Positions 44,101 to 54,971 of a stretch of DNA of 64,000 bases are shown here, piece after piece; within the stretch, counting starts at the first letter, position 1; each line of letters opens with the position of its first letter. The DNA comes from Nitrospirota bacterium (GTDB taxonomy: Bacteria; Nitrospirota; UBA9217): contig OY760142.1 of the NCBI GenBank assembly GCA_963663225.1, forward strand, positions 1,184,001-1,248,000. The letters are read 5' to 3'. A program made the translations under genes and the position numbers. The notes beneath the pieces are model-generated. The model had not been told where the DNA came from, did not search any database, and saw nothing but the letters and a program-made list of their open reading frames with translations.

Positions 44101-45084
44101 GGTTTCGGCGCCGGGAAACGGCGCGACGCCGGACGGAAAATTGTGGGTCTCTGCTGTGAGAATAAAATGATGCGTTTTGGAGGTTTCACGGAACGGGGAG
44201 GGGCCGGAAAGATTTTCCGGCTCAATTGTGGTTATTGCATATCCTTTGATGGCGCTTGAATTATCACAAAATGCTATAACGCTGTTGTTTTTGTTCGCTT
44301 CGTACGTTGATTTGACGAGGCTCATCAGCGTGTCAGGAACTTCTTTTCCGTCGACAATAAGCCGTCCCCGGAAAAACCAGTGGCGCGAGTGTTCGCTGTT
44401 TGACTGCGAAAGATCGAAACACTCGACATTCGTCGGGTTTCGTTTGATTTCCCGCACGAAAAGATTTGTGTAGTAATCAAGGTCCCAATCATCAAGCCCC
44501 AACCCCATCTCGATGTTAATTTTTTCGAGTGCAGCCCGGCCCTCTTCAATAAGTGGAATGATGTAGGTGGGCGCAGGTTTGGCTCCTGTTTCGAACGTCT
44601 GGAGCGTTTCAGAATACGGACATTCCGTCATGCGGTCATGAACAAGCGCGAGAAACGCGGATTTGAGCTCTGCCGATGCCGCTGAACCGTTGTCAAGCGT
44701 GAGCAGATACCGGCGCGATCGTTCGATGCGGGAAATTTTTTTCAGGCCTGCAGAACGGCAGACAGATACGGCGTTTGTTGACCAGGCAGTTGTGAAATTC
44801 AATCGAGGCCCAACCTCCAGAATCACCTGCCGTTTTTCGGTTGTAAGGCGTGAACGCAGAAAGCTTTCATCGGAAAAATTTCCGGGCTCGAACGTTTCTG
44901 CAAGCAGCCAGCGGACCAATCGTTTTTCTTCCTGCACCAGGGGGGCAGAGGCAGCAATGTTGAAACAGAATTCCGTATCGATTCCTTTAATAGCGGTGGA
45001 AACTTTTTTTTGAGCACTACTGAGCAACTCAGCTGTCTGATACGCAGAGAGTGCCGGAGTGCGATAGCAATGAAGAATTATCAT
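41137..45084 (-). CDS. purL: Large single-chain phosphoribosylformylglycinamidine synthase
   Basis: SEHSRH, ETHNFP, HDQGAGG, GGFSYAD, GVCNGCQ, MPHPER. Confidence 0.97.
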   Translation of the reverse strand: MIILHCYRTPALSAYQTAELLSSAQKKVSTAIKGIDTEFCFNIAASAPLVQEEKRLVRWLLAETFEPGNFSDESFLRSRLTTEKRQVILEVGPRLNFTTAWSTNAVSVCRSAGLKKISRIERSRRYLLTLDNGSAASAELKSAFLALVHDRMTECPYSETLQTFETGAKPAPTYIIPLIEEGRAALEKINIEMGLGLDDWDLDYYTNLFVREIKRNPTNVECFDLSQSNSEHSRHWFFRGRLIVDGKEVPDTLMSLVKSTYEANKNNSVIAFCDNSSAIKGYAITTIEPENLSGPSPFRETSKTHHFILTAETHNFPSGVAPFPGAETGTGGRIRDVLGTGTGGLVVAGTAAYCVGNLRIPGYSLPWEDADYSYPNNFASPLAIEIEASNGASDYGNKFGEPVIQGFTRSFGLRLPDGERREWIKPIMFSAGIGQIDARHTSKSDPEKGMLVVKVGGPAYRIGMGGGAASSMIQGENIAELDFNAVQRGDAEMEQKLHRIIRACVEYGDKNPIVSIHDQGAGGNCNVVKELVHPAGARVEVKKIILGDETLSVLEIWGAEYQEQVALLLRPEHAPLFEMLCSREKVPVAFIGTVTGDGYIVLLDETDGSTPVNLELSKVLGDMPQKVFKLDGKASTLRPLNLPVGLTVRSALDRVLRLLSVGSKRFLVNKVDRSVTGLIARQQCAGPLQLTVSDVAVIAQSHFSLTGAAISIGEQPIKEFLDPAAMARMSVGEALTNIVWAQVSKLEDIRCSANWMWAPKLPGEGARLYHAAVAMRDLMIKLGIAVDGGKDSLSMAAKVINKDNSSETVKSPGTLVISAYVTCPDITKTITPDIKEPGNSNLLFIDLGNGRNHLGGSALAHVFCQVGDQTPDLDDPDLLVRVFNAIQTLITKELILSGHDRSDGGLITTLLEMAFAGNCGIDVNLESETGDAIAALFSEELGLVVEYRPSDESSICAVLQEASVPYAVLGKSTTEKKISISINNTRVLSEDMCVLRNIWEETSHRLDRLQRNPKNILDEQNNIYDRKGPSYTIPFEPSPTNACILRDNSKYKVAVLREEGSNGDREMISSFSLAGFDPYDVTMTDLLSERISLEQFRGVVFVGGFSYADVFDSAKGWAASIRFNKNVWQQFEAFYQRPDTFSLGVCNGCQLMALIGWVPWRGIADDLQPRFIHNVSGRFESRFSTVKILRSPAIMLQGMENSVLGIWVAHGEGRAYFPDKGIFNESEFGLAPIRYVDDLSQITEAYPFNPNGSPAGIAGLCSPDGRHLAMMPHPERAVLTWQWGWMPEKLKKTLSASPWLRMFQNAREWCEKKTT

Positions 45085-45219
45085 ATGCAGTAATTGTTCG
45101 CCGTAGTTCAGATTTAGGATTTAATAGATAACGTGCACAATGGTCGAAAGCCTTTTCTTCTCTTCGGAGCAGAGTATGGCTAAACGGAGGCCTGCAGGTG
45201 CACAACTAATTGAAAATGC

Positions 45220-45615
45220 TTAACGGTCTGTTAAAGATACGACCTTTTGCTCAACGGCTTTTTTTTCACCTGCCATTTCGCATTTGCCGTCAAAAGTGAC
45301 CCCTTCTTCAATAATGAGCTTGGGGGTTTTTATGTTGCCTTCTATGTTTCCCGGGGCAAGAATATGCACTTTTTGGCTGGCATTGATGTTGCCGACGATC
45401 CTGCCGCTTGAAATAATTGTTCCGACGGATATTTCACCCTGCAGAAAAGCGCCATCTCCCGCAATGAGCGTGTCTTTGGACACAATTTCGCCATCTACCT
45501 TGCCGTCAACGCGGATCGTTCCTTCAAAGCTGAGAACACCCTTGAACTCCGTGCCCTTTCCAAGGAAGGCGGTGATTTCCGCCTGTTCAGGTGTGCCAGA
45601 TCCCTTTTTAAGCAT
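45220..45615 (-). CDS. Bactofilin (polymer-forming cytoskeletal protein)
   Basis: Beta-helix repeats LGKGTEFKG..IRVDG..IEEGVTFDG. Confidence 0.92.
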   Translation of the reverse strand: MLKKGSGTPEQAEITAFLGKGTEFKGVLSFEGTIRVDGKVDGEIVSKDTLIAGDGAFLQGEISVGTIISSGRIVGNINASQKVHILAPGNIEGNIKTPKLIIEEGVTFDGKCEMAGEKKAVEQKVVSLTDR

Positions 45616-45674
45616 GTAACTCCTCCTGTAAAAAAATGATGCAAATCTTTTCCGAAGTGCTGGTCATTCTTTCG

Positions 45675-46523
45675 CTAGCAGATTTTATCAAGCAAACGAT
45701 CCAGTTCCTCGGATGAATAGTATTCGATCACTATTCTGCCGCCTTTGGGTTTCGGCGATATGCTAACCTTGGTGCCGAGCGCCTTTCTGAGCCGTTCTTC
45801 GACAAAGTTGATTTCCTGGTTCAGAACCGCCTTTTTTTCTTTCGAGGGTTTCCTGAGCCGGGTTGAAAGTGCTTCTGCCTCCCGAACTGAGAGCCCTTTT
45901 TTTATAATCAATGCGCCGGCCAGAATTTGATCACGGGTACGCTCAAGCGACAGGATTGCTTTCGCATGGCCCATGCTGAGCAGACCGGAGGCAATCTCCT
46001 GTTTTACCTCTTTCGGAAGTCCCAGGAGGCGCAGAAAATTTGTAACAGTTGACCGTTCTTTTCCAACTCGCTTTGCGAGGTCATCCTGGGTAAGTTTGAA
46101 TTCATCCTGCAGCCGTTTGTATGCTTCCGCCGCCTCGAGCGGATTGAGATCCTCCCGCTGGACGTTTTCGATCAAAGCCATTTCGAGAAGTTCTCGTTTG
46201 GTTGCTTCCTTAACAATGGCGGGAATGCTTTTGAGCCCAGCAAGTCGCGATGCGCGCCAGCGTCGCTCTCCGGCGATTAATTGATAACCACTGCTGCCGG
46301 CCTTATGAACGATAATGGGCTGTATAACACCTTGCTCTTTTATTGATGCGGCCAGTTCATTCAATTTATCATCATTAAAAGTTTTGCGCGGCTGATACTC
46401 ATTCGGTATTATTTTATCCAGCTCAATTTCAGTAATGCCGAGCGCTTTGCGTTCCTTGTCATCCAGCGTGGACAGATCCGGAATTAGAGCTCCGAGGCCT
46501 TTACCGAGCGCCACTTTTTGCAT
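45675..46523 (-). CDS. parB: Chromosome partition protein ParB
   Basis: [28 protein letters not shown]. Confidence 0.97.
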   Translation of the reverse strand: MQKVALGKGLGALIPDLSTLDDKERKALGITEIELDKIIPNEYQPRKTFNDDKLNELAASIKEQGVIQPIIVHKAGSSGYQLIAGERRWRASRLAGLKSIPAIVKEATKRELLEMALIENVQREDLNPLEAAEAYKRLQDEFKLTQDDLAKRVGKERSTVTNFLRLLGLPKEVKQEIASGLLSMGHAKAILSLERTRDQILAGALIIKKGLSVREAEALSTRLRKPSKEKKAVLNQEINFVEERLRKALGTKVSISPKPKGGRIVIEYYSSEELDRLLDKIC

Positions 46524-47277
46524 GGGTCAGAACCTCCTTTGCGAGCTCAAGATAGCTTTGGGCGCCTCGGGAACGAATATCGTACAACAAAACAGGCTTA
46601 CCATGGCTTGGAGCTTCGCTTAGTGATACATTCCGGGGAATAATAGTAGTATAAACCTTATTTCCGAAATACTTGCGCACTTCCAGAGCAACCTGTTCAG
46701 CCAGATTGTTTCTGCTGTCGTACATTGTAAGAAGAACGCCCTCAATGATCAGGTTTGGGTTTAGATCCTGTTTGATAAGCTTGATTGTGTTCGTAAGAGC
46801 GGTCAAGCCTTCCAGAGCGTAGTATTCGCATTGTACAGGGATTAGTACGCCGTCGGCGGCAGTAAGGGCGTTGACAGTAAGCAGACCAAGAGAAGGCGGA
46901 CAATCAATAAAAATATAATCATAATTGCTTATATGTGTATCCAGGGCTTTTTTGAGCACCCGTTCACGCGATATCATCTGGATAAGTTCTACTTCAACAC
47001 CGACGAGGTCAATGCCTGCAGGAACAACATCCAGCCAGGGGAAATGAGTTGTTTTTTTTATTTCCTGGAGAGTTTTTTTTCCTGTGAACAGATCATATGT
47101 ACTGCCGTCGATCGCCGTTCTGTCTATACCCATGCCGCTTGTGGAATTGCCCTGTGGATCAGAGTCTATGAGCAAAACCCGTTTTTCAGCTGCGGCAAGT
47201 GATGCGGCGATGTTTACTGTCGTCGTCGTTTTTCCAACACCGCCTTTTTGATTTGCTATAGCTATTATTCTGCCCAT
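46501..47277 (-). CDS. parA: Chromosome partition ATPase ParA/Soj
   Basis: [22 protein letters not shown]. Confidence 0.97.
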   Translation of the reverse strand: MGRIIAIANQKGGVGKTTTTVNIAASLAAAEKRVLLIDSDPQGNSTSGMGIDRTAIDGSTYDLFTGKKTLQEIKKTTHFPWLDVVPAGIDLVGVEVELIQMISRERVLKKALDTHISNYDYIFIDCPPSLGLLTVNALTAADGVLIPVQCEYYALEGLTALTNTIKLIKQDLNPNLIIEGVLLTMYDSRNNLAEQVALEVRKYFGNKVYTTIIPRNVSLSEAPSHGKPVLLYDIRSRGAQSYLELAKEVLTHAKSGAR

Positions 47278-47436
47278 GATTTTTCAGCGTCTCCTCGTGC
47301 TGCTGAGTCTTAGCCGTACTAATTTACCATAGGATAATAATAAAGGGAAGGAAAAATTAAGAAAATATGCCGTCTGAAATGGCCGCAAGTGAGACATAAG
47401 CGTATGAGGATTTTGTGTTTTATTCCATTTGCAGAT

Positions 47437-47452
47437 TGTTCCACGTGGAACA
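47437..47452. other. parS: parS site
   Basis: TGTTCCACGTGGAACA, within a 26-bp perfect palindrome 47432-47457. Confidence 0.92.
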
Positions 47453-47458
47453 ATCTGT

Positions 47459-48526
47459 CTATAGTAAGCCTAGTTCTTTTCCAGCAGGGCTTACTCGCAG
47501 CGAGCCCAACGACACGTGCCTGACACTAGAAGTATCCCGCAACGGGGTTATTACCCGAATTGACAGCTCTTTTAAGTCTATACTGCGCAGTATTCCAAGG
47601 CCGAGGCAAAAGTTTCGGTCATCACTCAAACCTATGAGCAAATGATCTAACTCGGAATTCTTAAGAATAGAAATTTCCCGAACATTATATTGCTGTTTAG
47701 CAGCAAAAAGCTCATCAGCCAGATAATCTCCCTCAACCAAAATGAACAACCGATCAGCAGCGAGTTCCGCGTGTATAACGATGCTTTGAAGCATTTTTGA
47801 AAGTGCATTGATATCCCGAAATCCAAGACGCTCGCCCGTTCCGAGCCCTGGTCCGTGAACACCAACGTCGTGCAGCATTATTTCCTGAAAGTCGGCCCCT
47901 CTGAAATATTCCTTAAACCGTTGTTCCCGGGCTGATTGGCGGGCCTCACGGGTAGATATTTTAGCGTCAGGAGAAACAGGAAGTCGATGAATAAGAAGTC
48001 CGGCGCGGTGCGAATGAGGAGCTAATAAATGTTCAACCTCGTTTTCCTTTTGGAGCGCGACAATATGGCTGGGCGAAAGCATGTCAATTTCGTGAAACTT
48101 TAAATCGCGGGCCGCCCCTCCGGCAACAAGACCGCACGTATTAATTAAGACAAGCTCAGCAGAAGAAGAAGCGGCAAGTAAACAGAGCTTTTGAATGCCG
48201 GAAACCATCTCCAAAAGCCGTCCGACCGGAGAAGTATTTCCGATGAATACCATAAAAGCAGGGTTTTTTCTTCTGAGCAGATCGTTTGTGTCTTGAAAAA
48301 GGGTAAAGGATATCACTGTAGGTGGTCCGATAAATGGCTGTCCGGGATCCGCATCTATCCAGGCCACTTTTTTGCCCGTCCTGCAGAAGAGGCCTGCAAG
48401 ATAAAGGCAGAAAGTTGTCTTTCCTGATCCAGGTCCGCCTATAACCATTACAGGACCGCGAACTTTTTGAATTTCTGCAGCTAATTCCCGCCACGCTGCT
48501 GGTATGGTAAGCACTGCTTCAAGCAA
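47459..48526 (-). CDS. Clp1/Nol9-family polynucleotide 5'-hydroxyl kinase
   Basis: GGPGSGKTT Walker A, DADPGQPFIGPP, INTCG, R..ARE.RF..YF lid motif. Confidence 0.85.
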   Translation of the reverse strand: MLEAVLTIPAAWRELAAEIQKVRGPVMVIGGPGSGKTTFCLYLAGLFCRTGKKVAWIDADPGQPFIGPPTVISFTLFQDTNDLLRRKNPAFMVFIGNTSPVGRLLEMVSGIQKLCLLAASSSAELVLINTCGLVAGGAARDLKFHEIDMLSPSHIVALQKENEVEHLLAPHSHRAGLLIHRLPVSPDAKISTREARQSAREQRFKEYFRGADFQEIMLHDVGVHGPGLGTGERLGFRDINALSKMLQSIVIHAELAADRLFILVEGDYLADELFAAKQQYNVREISILKNSELDHLLIGLSDDRNFCLGLGILRSIDLKELSIRVITPLRDTSSVRHVSLGSLRVSPAGKELGLL

Positions 48527-48555
48527 AAGAAATTCCTTTTTTACATTCGACTGAT

Positions 48556-49230
48556 TTATGTTCCACGTGGAACATCACGGAGCTTTCTGAAAACCCAAAT
48601 CATTCTTTTATGGTCCGAATAAGGGAGAACAAGGCCAATTCTATTTTCCAGCGCCAAGCCGTACTTTTCCAAGTCCAGACTATCTAATGTTTCCATTGGC
48701 CCTCTGCTCAAAACAATGACTCCATTTTGTTTTAGCAATGGCAACGCGGTAAAAATAGCAACGTTCATATCCGCAAACGCTCTGGCAGTTACAATATCAT
48801 AGGTATTATGCAGCGAACTTGCAAGCTGTTCTGCTCTCTGATCAAGAATCTCTACTGACGACAATTGAAGTGTCCTGATAATGTGCCGGAGAAAAGCAGC
48901 CTTCTTTTTAACAGATTCCACGAGTGTTACAGTTATTTCGGGATGAACAATTTTAATCGGCAATGCTGGAAAACCAGCGCCTGATCCCAAATCGAGCAAC
49001 CGTAGCCCAGGAGACGGAGCAAAACCTTTTATATAGGAAAGAGAATCAAGAGCGTGTTTTATAATGATTCCATGCGCATCAGTAATAGTTGTCAGATTTA
49101 TTTTATTATTCCATTTAATGAGCTCAGCAAAATACATAAAAAAAGAATCAAGATGCGCGGGAGAAAGGGTAATTCCGAGCTCCATTGAACCTGATTTCAG
49201 CAAATCCTGATGGTTTTTATTCGTCTGCAT
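48556..49230 (-). CDS. rsmG: 16S rRNA m7G527 methyltransferase
   Basis: [24 protein letters not shown]. Confidence 0.95.
   Translation of the reverse strand: MQTNKNHQDLLKSGSMELGITLSPAHLDSFFMYFAELIKWNNKINLTTITDAHGIIIKHALDSLSYIKGFAPSPGLRLLDLGSGAGFPALPIKIVHPEITVTLVESVKKKAAFLRHIIRTLQLSSVEILDQRAEQLASSLHNTYDIVTARAFADMNVAIFTALPLLKQNGVIVLSRGPMETLDSLDLEKYGLALENRIGLVLPYSDHKRMIWVFRKLRDVPRGT
48559..48574. other. parS: parS site (overlaps last codons of rsmG)
   Basis: TGTTCCACGTGGAACA. Confidence 0.92.
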
Positions 49231-51112
49231 TTTTCGACTTTGCTGAGCGCTTTCTTTTTTCGAGAGCAACCATAATCAGCGAAATGGCTGCGGGAGTTAC
49301 ACCTGATATTCTTGATGCCTGGCCTATTGAAACAGGCCGCACCTGGTTGAGCTTTTGACGGACTTCAGATCCGAGGCCGGTAATTTCATCGAAATTAATA
49401 TCAGGAGGAATTCTTTTTTGCTCCAGGGTGGAAAAGCGTGCAACCTGCTGAATTTGGCGGTTGATATATCCTTCATATTTGACCTGAATTTCAACCTGCT
49501 CAGCTGCATCATCCACAATCGACTTGTCAGCTGGAGAAATAGAAGCGATATCCGAATAATTCAGTTCCGGCCGTTTTAAGAGCTGCTCAAGTGAAGCTTC
49601 CTGGATCAGCTCTGCGGAACCGCGCTTCGAGAGAATTAAATTGACATCCGGACCGGGTTTTATCCATGTTTTTTTAATTCGTGCTGCTTCGAGCTCAATC
49701 TGGTTTTTCTTATCAAGAAATTGTAGGTAGACATCATCAGATACGAGGCCAAGTTCGTGCCCTTTTGACCGCAGTCGAATATCAGCATTGTCCTCTCTCA
49801 GGATAAGCCGATATTCTGCCCGTGAGGTGAACATTCTGTAAGGTTCACTTGTTCCGCGGGTAACCAGGTCGTCAATTAAAACAGCAATGTATGCTTCCGA
49901 ACGCTTAAGGATGAATGGTTGTTTTTGTTGTATTTTAAGTGCCGCGTTTATACCTGCGACTAATCCCTGAGCAGCAGCTTCCTCATATCCAGAGGTACCG
50001 TTGATTTGACCGGCGAAATAGAGTCCTTCAATATGTTTCGTTTCCAATGTATGCTTTATTTGTGTTGGCGGTGCAAAGTCATATTCTATTGCATAGGCCG
50101 GACGCATAATTTCTACTTCCTCAAGGCCTGGTATAGACCTATACATTTGCACCTGAACCTCAAAGGGCAAACTGGTAGATAAGCCGTTTGCATAAAATTC
50201 TTTTGTATCCAAACCTTCTGGCTCAAGAAAAACCTGATGGCGTTCTCTTTCTGAAAAGCGTACAACCTTATCTTCAATGGATGGGCAATAACGAGGTCCG
50301 GTCCCCTTTATAACTCCGGCATAAAGTGGGGAAAGGTTAAGGTTCCGGAGAATAATTTCATGCATACTTGCATTTGTATACGTTAAATAACAGGGTTGTT
50401 GTGGGAGTGGATGCTTCTTTTTGGTAAAAGAAAAAAATGGGGCCGGATCATCACCATACTGGAGTTTCATTTTAGAGAAGTCGATTGTTTTGCCATCCAG
50501 CCGCGCCGGAGTTCCTGTTTTGAGCCGGCCAATTTCGAAGCCAAGACTGCGCAGGCTGTCAGAGAGGCTGATCGAAGGAAACTCCCCTGCTCTGCCGGAA
50601 GGATAATGAACCAATCCAATATGTATTAGTCCCTGCAAAAAAGTGCCGGTGGTTATTATGACAGCAGAGGATTGATACTGGACACCGATGCTCGTCTCGA
50701 TGCCGACCACCAGACCGTTTTCTACAATAAGCCTGCTCGCTTCAGCCTGGTGCACATCGAGAAGTTTTTGATTTTCAATTTTTTCTTTCATCGCAAGCCG
50801 GTAGCGCTGTTTATCTGCCTGAGCGCGTGTTCCCCGTACCGCGGGCCCTTTGCTTCCATTCAAGATTCTGAACTGAATCCCGGTCAGATCAATAATGTTG
50901 GCCATTTCCCCGCCGAGCGCATCAATTTCTTTCACGAGATGACCCTTGGCCAGGCCTCCGATTGCCGGATTGCAAGACATATGCGCGATGGTATCCAGGT
51001 TCATCGTGAGCAAAAGCGTGGAACAGCCCATGCGTGCGGAGGCCAGGGCCGCTTCACATCCTGCATGGCCGGCGCCGACGACAATCACATCATATTTTTT
51101 TGAATAAGCCAT
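49217..51112 (-). CDS. mnmG: tRNA U34 modification enzyme MnmG/GidA
   Basis: [39 protein letters not shown]. Confidence 0.98.
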   Translation of the reverse strand: MAYSKKYDVIVVGAGHAGCEAALASARMGCSTLLLTMNLDTIAHMSCNPAIGGLAKGHLVKEIDALGGEMANIIDLTGIQFRILNGSKGPAVRGTRAQADKQRYRLAMKEKIENQKLLDVHQAEASRLIVENGLVVGIETSIGVQYQSSAVIITTGTFLQGLIHIGLVHYPSGRAGEFPSISLSDSLRSLGFEIGRLKTGTPARLDGKTIDFSKMKLQYGDDPAPFFSFTKKKHPLPQQPCYLTYTNASMHEIILRNLNLSPLYAGVIKGTGPRYCPSIEDKVVRFSERERHQVFLEPEGLDTKEFYANGLSTSLPFEVQVQMYRSIPGLEEVEIMRPAYAIEYDFAPPTQIKHTLETKHIEGLYFAGQINGTSGYEEAAAQGLVAGINAALKIQQKQPFILKRSEAYIAVLIDDLVTRGTSEPYRMFTSRAEYRLILREDNADIRLRSKGHELGLVSDDVYLQFLDKKNQIELEAARIKKTWIKPGPDVNLILSKRGSAELIQEASLEQLLKRPELNYSDIASISPADKSIVDDAAEQVEIQVKYEGYINRQIQQVARFSTLEQKRIPPDINFDEITGLGSEVRQKLNQVRPVSIGQASRISGVTPAAISLIMVALEKRKRSAKSKNADE

Positions 51113-51187
51113 AAATCATCCCAACGCGAGAAAACGAAGCAATACTGCGGGGAACACAAGTTACTTCCGGACAAACTATTCGTATTA

Positions 51188-52564
51188 TTATTTTCCGATG
51201 CAGAAGTTTTCAAAAATTCTATCGAGGATATCTTCCGTATATGTTGCACCGGTAATAATGCCGAGACTGTCCAGGGCGCAGCGAAGATCAAGAGCGATAA
51301 ATTCCGGTGAAGCATTGTCCTTGATCGAGGCGTGCGCTTTGAGCAAGCTTTCACGAGTTTGTTCCAGTGCTGTTTTATGGCGCAGATTTACGGTCCAGGC
51401 ATGGTCACGCGACGGAGCAATCCCTTGTTTTTGCATATTTAAGATGGCACTCTTCAGCTCTTCGAGACCCTCCCCGGTAATACAGGAAATCGACACCTGT
51501 ACCACAGGTTGATTCAGGGCTTCCGCTTCCCTGGGCAAATCGGACTTATTAATCACCGCGACGGCATTTTTTCCGGCTACATACTCCAGCACCAGCCGAT
51601 CCTCCGGCGTAAGCTTTCGGGAGCCATCGAGCACCACCAAAACAATATCCGCAGATTCAATTGCCGCAAGGGTCCTGCGGATGCCTTCTTTTTCCACAAT
51701 ATCGTGTGAATGCCTGATTCCAGCCGTATCGATGATTTTTAAGGGAATTCCTGCAACATTGAGATATTCCTCGAGCAGATCCCTTGTTGTGCCCGGTACG
51801 TCTGTAACAATCGCACGATTCTGCTTAAGAAGGGTGTTCAACAGGGAAGATTTGCCCACATTAGGCCGGCCGACAATGGCCGTCGCGAATCCATCCCGAA
51901 GAATTCTGCCATAGTTGTAAGTAGAAAGCAGGGATTCCACTCCCCCAATCAGCTGCACAACAGTGTCAGCCGGCCGGGAGCCTATACCAAACTCAATGTC
52001 CTCTTCCGGAAAATCTATCCAGGCCTCCACCGCTGCAGTGAACGAAAGCAATTGATTGCGGAGCAAGGCAACCTCGGACGATAATCCGCCGAGCAATTGA
52101 TCGTTCGCCGCGCGATGCGCCAGGGCAGTCTTAGATTTGATGATATCCATAACCGCTTCAGCCTGGGTCAAATCAATTCGTCCGTTTAAAAAAGCACGTT
52201 TTGTAAACTCCCCCGGCTCTGCCTGCCGGGCGCCGGCCGCGATGAGCAGCGACAGGGTGCGCCAGAGCGGCATCATGCCGCCGTGACAATTTATTTCGAC
52301 GACGTCTTCACGCGTGTAGGTGGCTGGCGAGCGCATTACACTTGCCAGGACTTCGTCGACCTGCTCCTGTGTAGCCGGATCGACAATATAACCGTAGTGG
52401 AGAGAATGTGTTGGCGCGGTTTCAAGGCTTCCCGCCTCTGGTCTGCGCAGCCTGAACACTTTATCAGCAATTGCAACAGCCGTTCTGCCGCTGATGCGGA
52501 TAATTCCGATGCCGCCCTCTCCCGGAGGAGTAGAAACCGCACAAATTGTGTCCTGCTCAAACAT
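51188..52564 (-). CDS. mnmE: tRNA modification GTPase MnmE
   Basis: GRPNVGKSS, GTTRD, DTAG, NKSD, FCIGK. Confidence 0.98.
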   Translation of the reverse strand: MFEQDTICAVSTPPGEGGIGIIRISGRTAVAIADKVFRLRRPEAGSLETAPTHSLHYGYIVDPATQEQVDEVLASVMRSPATYTREDVVEINCHGGMMPLWRTLSLLIAAGARQAEPGEFTKRAFLNGRIDLTQAEAVMDIIKSKTALAHRAANDQLLGGLSSEVALLRNQLLSFTAAVEAWIDFPEEDIEFGIGSRPADTVVQLIGGVESLLSTYNYGRILRDGFATAIVGRPNVGKSSLLNTLLKQNRAIVTDVPGTTRDLLEEYLNVAGIPLKIIDTAGIRHSHDIVEKEGIRRTLAAIESADIVLVVLDGSRKLTPEDRLVLEYVAGKNAVAVINKSDLPREAEALNQPVVQVSISCITGEGLEELKSAILNMQKQGIAPSRDHAWTVNLRHKTALEQTRESLLKAHASIKDNASPEFIALDLRCALDSLGIITGATYTEDILDRIFENFCIGK

Positions 52565-52720
52565 AAACCATATATTACCACAATGACGAAGCACGAAAAA
52601 GCCATTTTTAGAGGTTCCTACAGGGCTAAACAAAGAAACCAGACGTATCCGTATGCTTTTTTAGAGTTTTTTACTTGGAACCGCCTTTTTATGATACAAT
52701 AACTCTGAAAATGGTGGCCT

Positions 52721-52981
52721 ATGAAGATACCCGAGTTAAGAAAACTGGTGGAACACTTTTCCTATGAACAAATCGACGCCTGCATTCAGCAGCAGCTTGC
52801 CAAAGGAGAAAATGAATGCAATGTCATAGATAAGACAGATGCCGTTATCGAAGCACTCAGCAAGGCAGGTGTTGTTCGCGAGATGATGGACAGCGGATTG
52901 ACATTCTCGGACGCGCTCCGGGAGCTGGGCAGAAAAATACGCGCTGTGTATGGAAAGGAAAAAGACAATGACAATGACTGA
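52721..52981 (+). CDS. 86-aa conserved hypothetical protein (DUF6952-like)
   Basis: Helical ORF overlapping the pgi start; family assignment from memory only. Confidence 0.65.
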   Translation: MKIPELRKLVEHFSYEQIDACIQQQLAKGENECNVIDKTDAVIEALSKAGVVREMMDSGLTFSDALRELGRKIRAVYGKEKDNDND

Positions 52982-54563
52982 TCATGCTCTCTGGGAGCGC
53001 TACAAAAAATATCTCTGTACAAACCAGTTAATCGGCATGACACTTGACATCAGCAGGATCAAGTTCAATGACGATTTCTTTGACCGCATGGAGCCCAAAA
53101 TACAGAAAGCGTATGAAGCAATGGATGCGCTGGAATCAGGGGCCATAGCGAATCCTGACGAAAACCGCATGGTTGGACATTACTGGCTTCGAAAGCCCCA
53201 ATTGGCACCCTCAGCGGAAATTGGCAAAGAAATCGAAACCACGCTGCAGGCAGTCAAAGATTTTACCTTCTCAGTTCACGCGGGAAAAATAATGCCGAAA
53301 AAACGCGCCCGGTTCACGCGTTTTTTATGCATCGGCATCGGTGGTTCTGCTCTCGGCCCGCAATTTATCGCAGATGCCCTCGGATCACAAACCGACAAAA
53401 TGAAGCCGTATTTTCTGGATAATACCGATCCCGACGGAATAGACCGGGTGCTGTCTCAGCTCGGGGATCAGCTGGGCGACACGCTTGTTCTGGTAATATC
53501 CAAGAGCGGCGGCACTGTAGAGACCAGAAATGGGATGCTTGAAACGGCTGCGGCCTACCGAAAAGCGAACCTGTCTTTTGAACGGCATGCGGTCGCGATT
53601 ACTGGAGTGGGAAGCAAGCTTTATGAAATAGCAAAAAAAGGAGGCTGGCTAGCCACCTTCCCGATGTGGGACTGGGTGGGTGGGAGAACATCAGTATTAT
53701 CAGCAGTCGGCCTTCTTCCGGCATCTCTCCAGGGGCTCGATATAAATAGCCTTTTGACCGGTGCCGCCCTCTGCGATGAGGCAACGCGGAGCAAAAAGAC
53801 GCACTCAAACCCCGCGGCCCTTCTGGCCCTTGCCTGGTATCATGCCACAAAAGGCAGCGGTCAGAAAGATATGGTGATACTGCCCTATAAAGACAGGCTG
53901 CAGCTCTTCTCGAAATACCTCCAGCAGCTGGTTATGGAGTCGCTTGGCAAGGAAAAAGATCTTGCGGGTAAAGTTGTGAACCAGGGAATCACTGTTTACG
54001 GTAACAAAGGAACCACAGACCAGCATGCCTATGTTCAACAGCTTCGGGATGGGGTGAACAATTTTTTCGCCACGTTTATACAGGTCCTGCATGACCATGA
54101 CAGCGCGTCGATTGAAATTGAGCCCGGTGTCACCACAGGTGATTATTTAAACGCGTATCTGCAGGGGACACGAAATGCCCTGTATGAAAACGGGCGGGAA
54201 TCCGTTACGATCTCAATCGAAAAACTGGACGCACAGTCCATCGGAGCGCTCATTGCCCTGTATGAACGGGCCGTTGGATTTTACGCGTCGCTGGTGAACA
54301 TCAATGCATATCATCAGCCGGGGGTAGAAGCAGGAAAGAAAATGGCCGACGCCGTGATCACGTTGCAGCGCGACATTCTTGCTTATTTAAAGAAGAACAG
54401 CGGAGCGTCATTTACTGCTGAAGAGATCGCACAGGGTATCAACGCGCAAGACAGTGCAGAATCTATTTTTAAGATTCTTGAGCATGTGAGCGCGAATGCC
54501 GATCATTCGGTGGGCAAGACACCGGGGAACAAGGTGTTTGATGCGAAGTTTCAGGCGTTGTGA
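52968..54563 (+). CDS. pgi: Glucose-6-phosphate isomerase
   Basis: [34 protein letters not shown]. Confidence 0.97.
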   Translation: MTMTDHALWERYKKYLCTNQLIGMTLDISRIKFNDDFFDRMEPKIQKAYEAMDALESGAIANPDENRMVGHYWLRKPQLAPSAEIGKEIETTLQAVKDFTFSVHAGKIMPKKRARFTRFLCIGIGGSALGPQFIADALGSQTDKMKPYFLDNTDPDGIDRVLSQLGDQLGDTLVLVISKSGGTVETRNGMLETAAAYRKANLSFERHAVAITGVGSKLYEIAKKGGWLATFPMWDWVGGRTSVLSAVGLLPASLQGLDINSLLTGAALCDEATRSKKTHSNPAALLALAWYHATKGSGQKDMVILPYKDRLQLFSKYLQQLVMESLGKEKDLAGKVVNQGITVYGNKGTTDQHAYVQQLRDGVNNFFATFIQVLHDHDSASIEIEPGVTTGDYLNAYLQGTRNALYENGRESVTISIEKLDAQSIGALIALYERAVGFYASLVNINAYHQPGVEAGKKMADAVITLQRDILAYLKKNSGASFTAEEIAQGINAQDSAESIFKILEHVSANADHSVGKTPGNKVFDAKFQAL

Positions 54564-54628
54564 TAAGATTTTGTCGATTTAAATAAGATCTCATCTTGCT
54601 TCATTACCAGTGGATGCGCCAATATTGA

Positions 54629-54660
54629 CTCCCCTTAGCAAGGGGAGGCAAGGTGGGGTG
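54629..54660. repeat. REP-like palindrome
   Basis: CTCCCCTT-agc-AAGGGGAG followed by a G-rich tail. Confidence 0.45.
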
Positions 54661-54789
54661 GATTACCAAAAAAGAAGAGGCCACATCTTGTTAGTTTTTT
54701 CCGGTTGCCTTTTTCCTTCATCATTGCTTTCACTGGAAGTTTCCCAATGAATTATTCTGGTAGTCCGGCGGCTTTAAGTATAACGTAAG

Positions 54790-54910
54790 GCTGTGTGGAT
54801 TTATATTCCTGGAGTCGGTACACGACATTACATCGGTATGACTGAGCAGCGTTTGTATCGTGCAGATATTGTAGTTCGCCTGCAAGAGGTGTGTCGTAAA
54901 ATCGTCACGG
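54790..54910 (-). pseudogene. Remnant of an integron-integrase/tyrosine recombinase C-terminus
   Basis: FTTHLLQANYNICTIQTLLSHTDV resembles IntI FATHLL..GYDIRTIQELLGH.DV; catalytic Tyr segment lost. Confidence 0.7.
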
Positions 54911-54971
54911 TTCAAACAGCTTATTTTGTCGTTATGTGTTACAAGTACGACTGCGCTCAGGAGGAGGTCGA

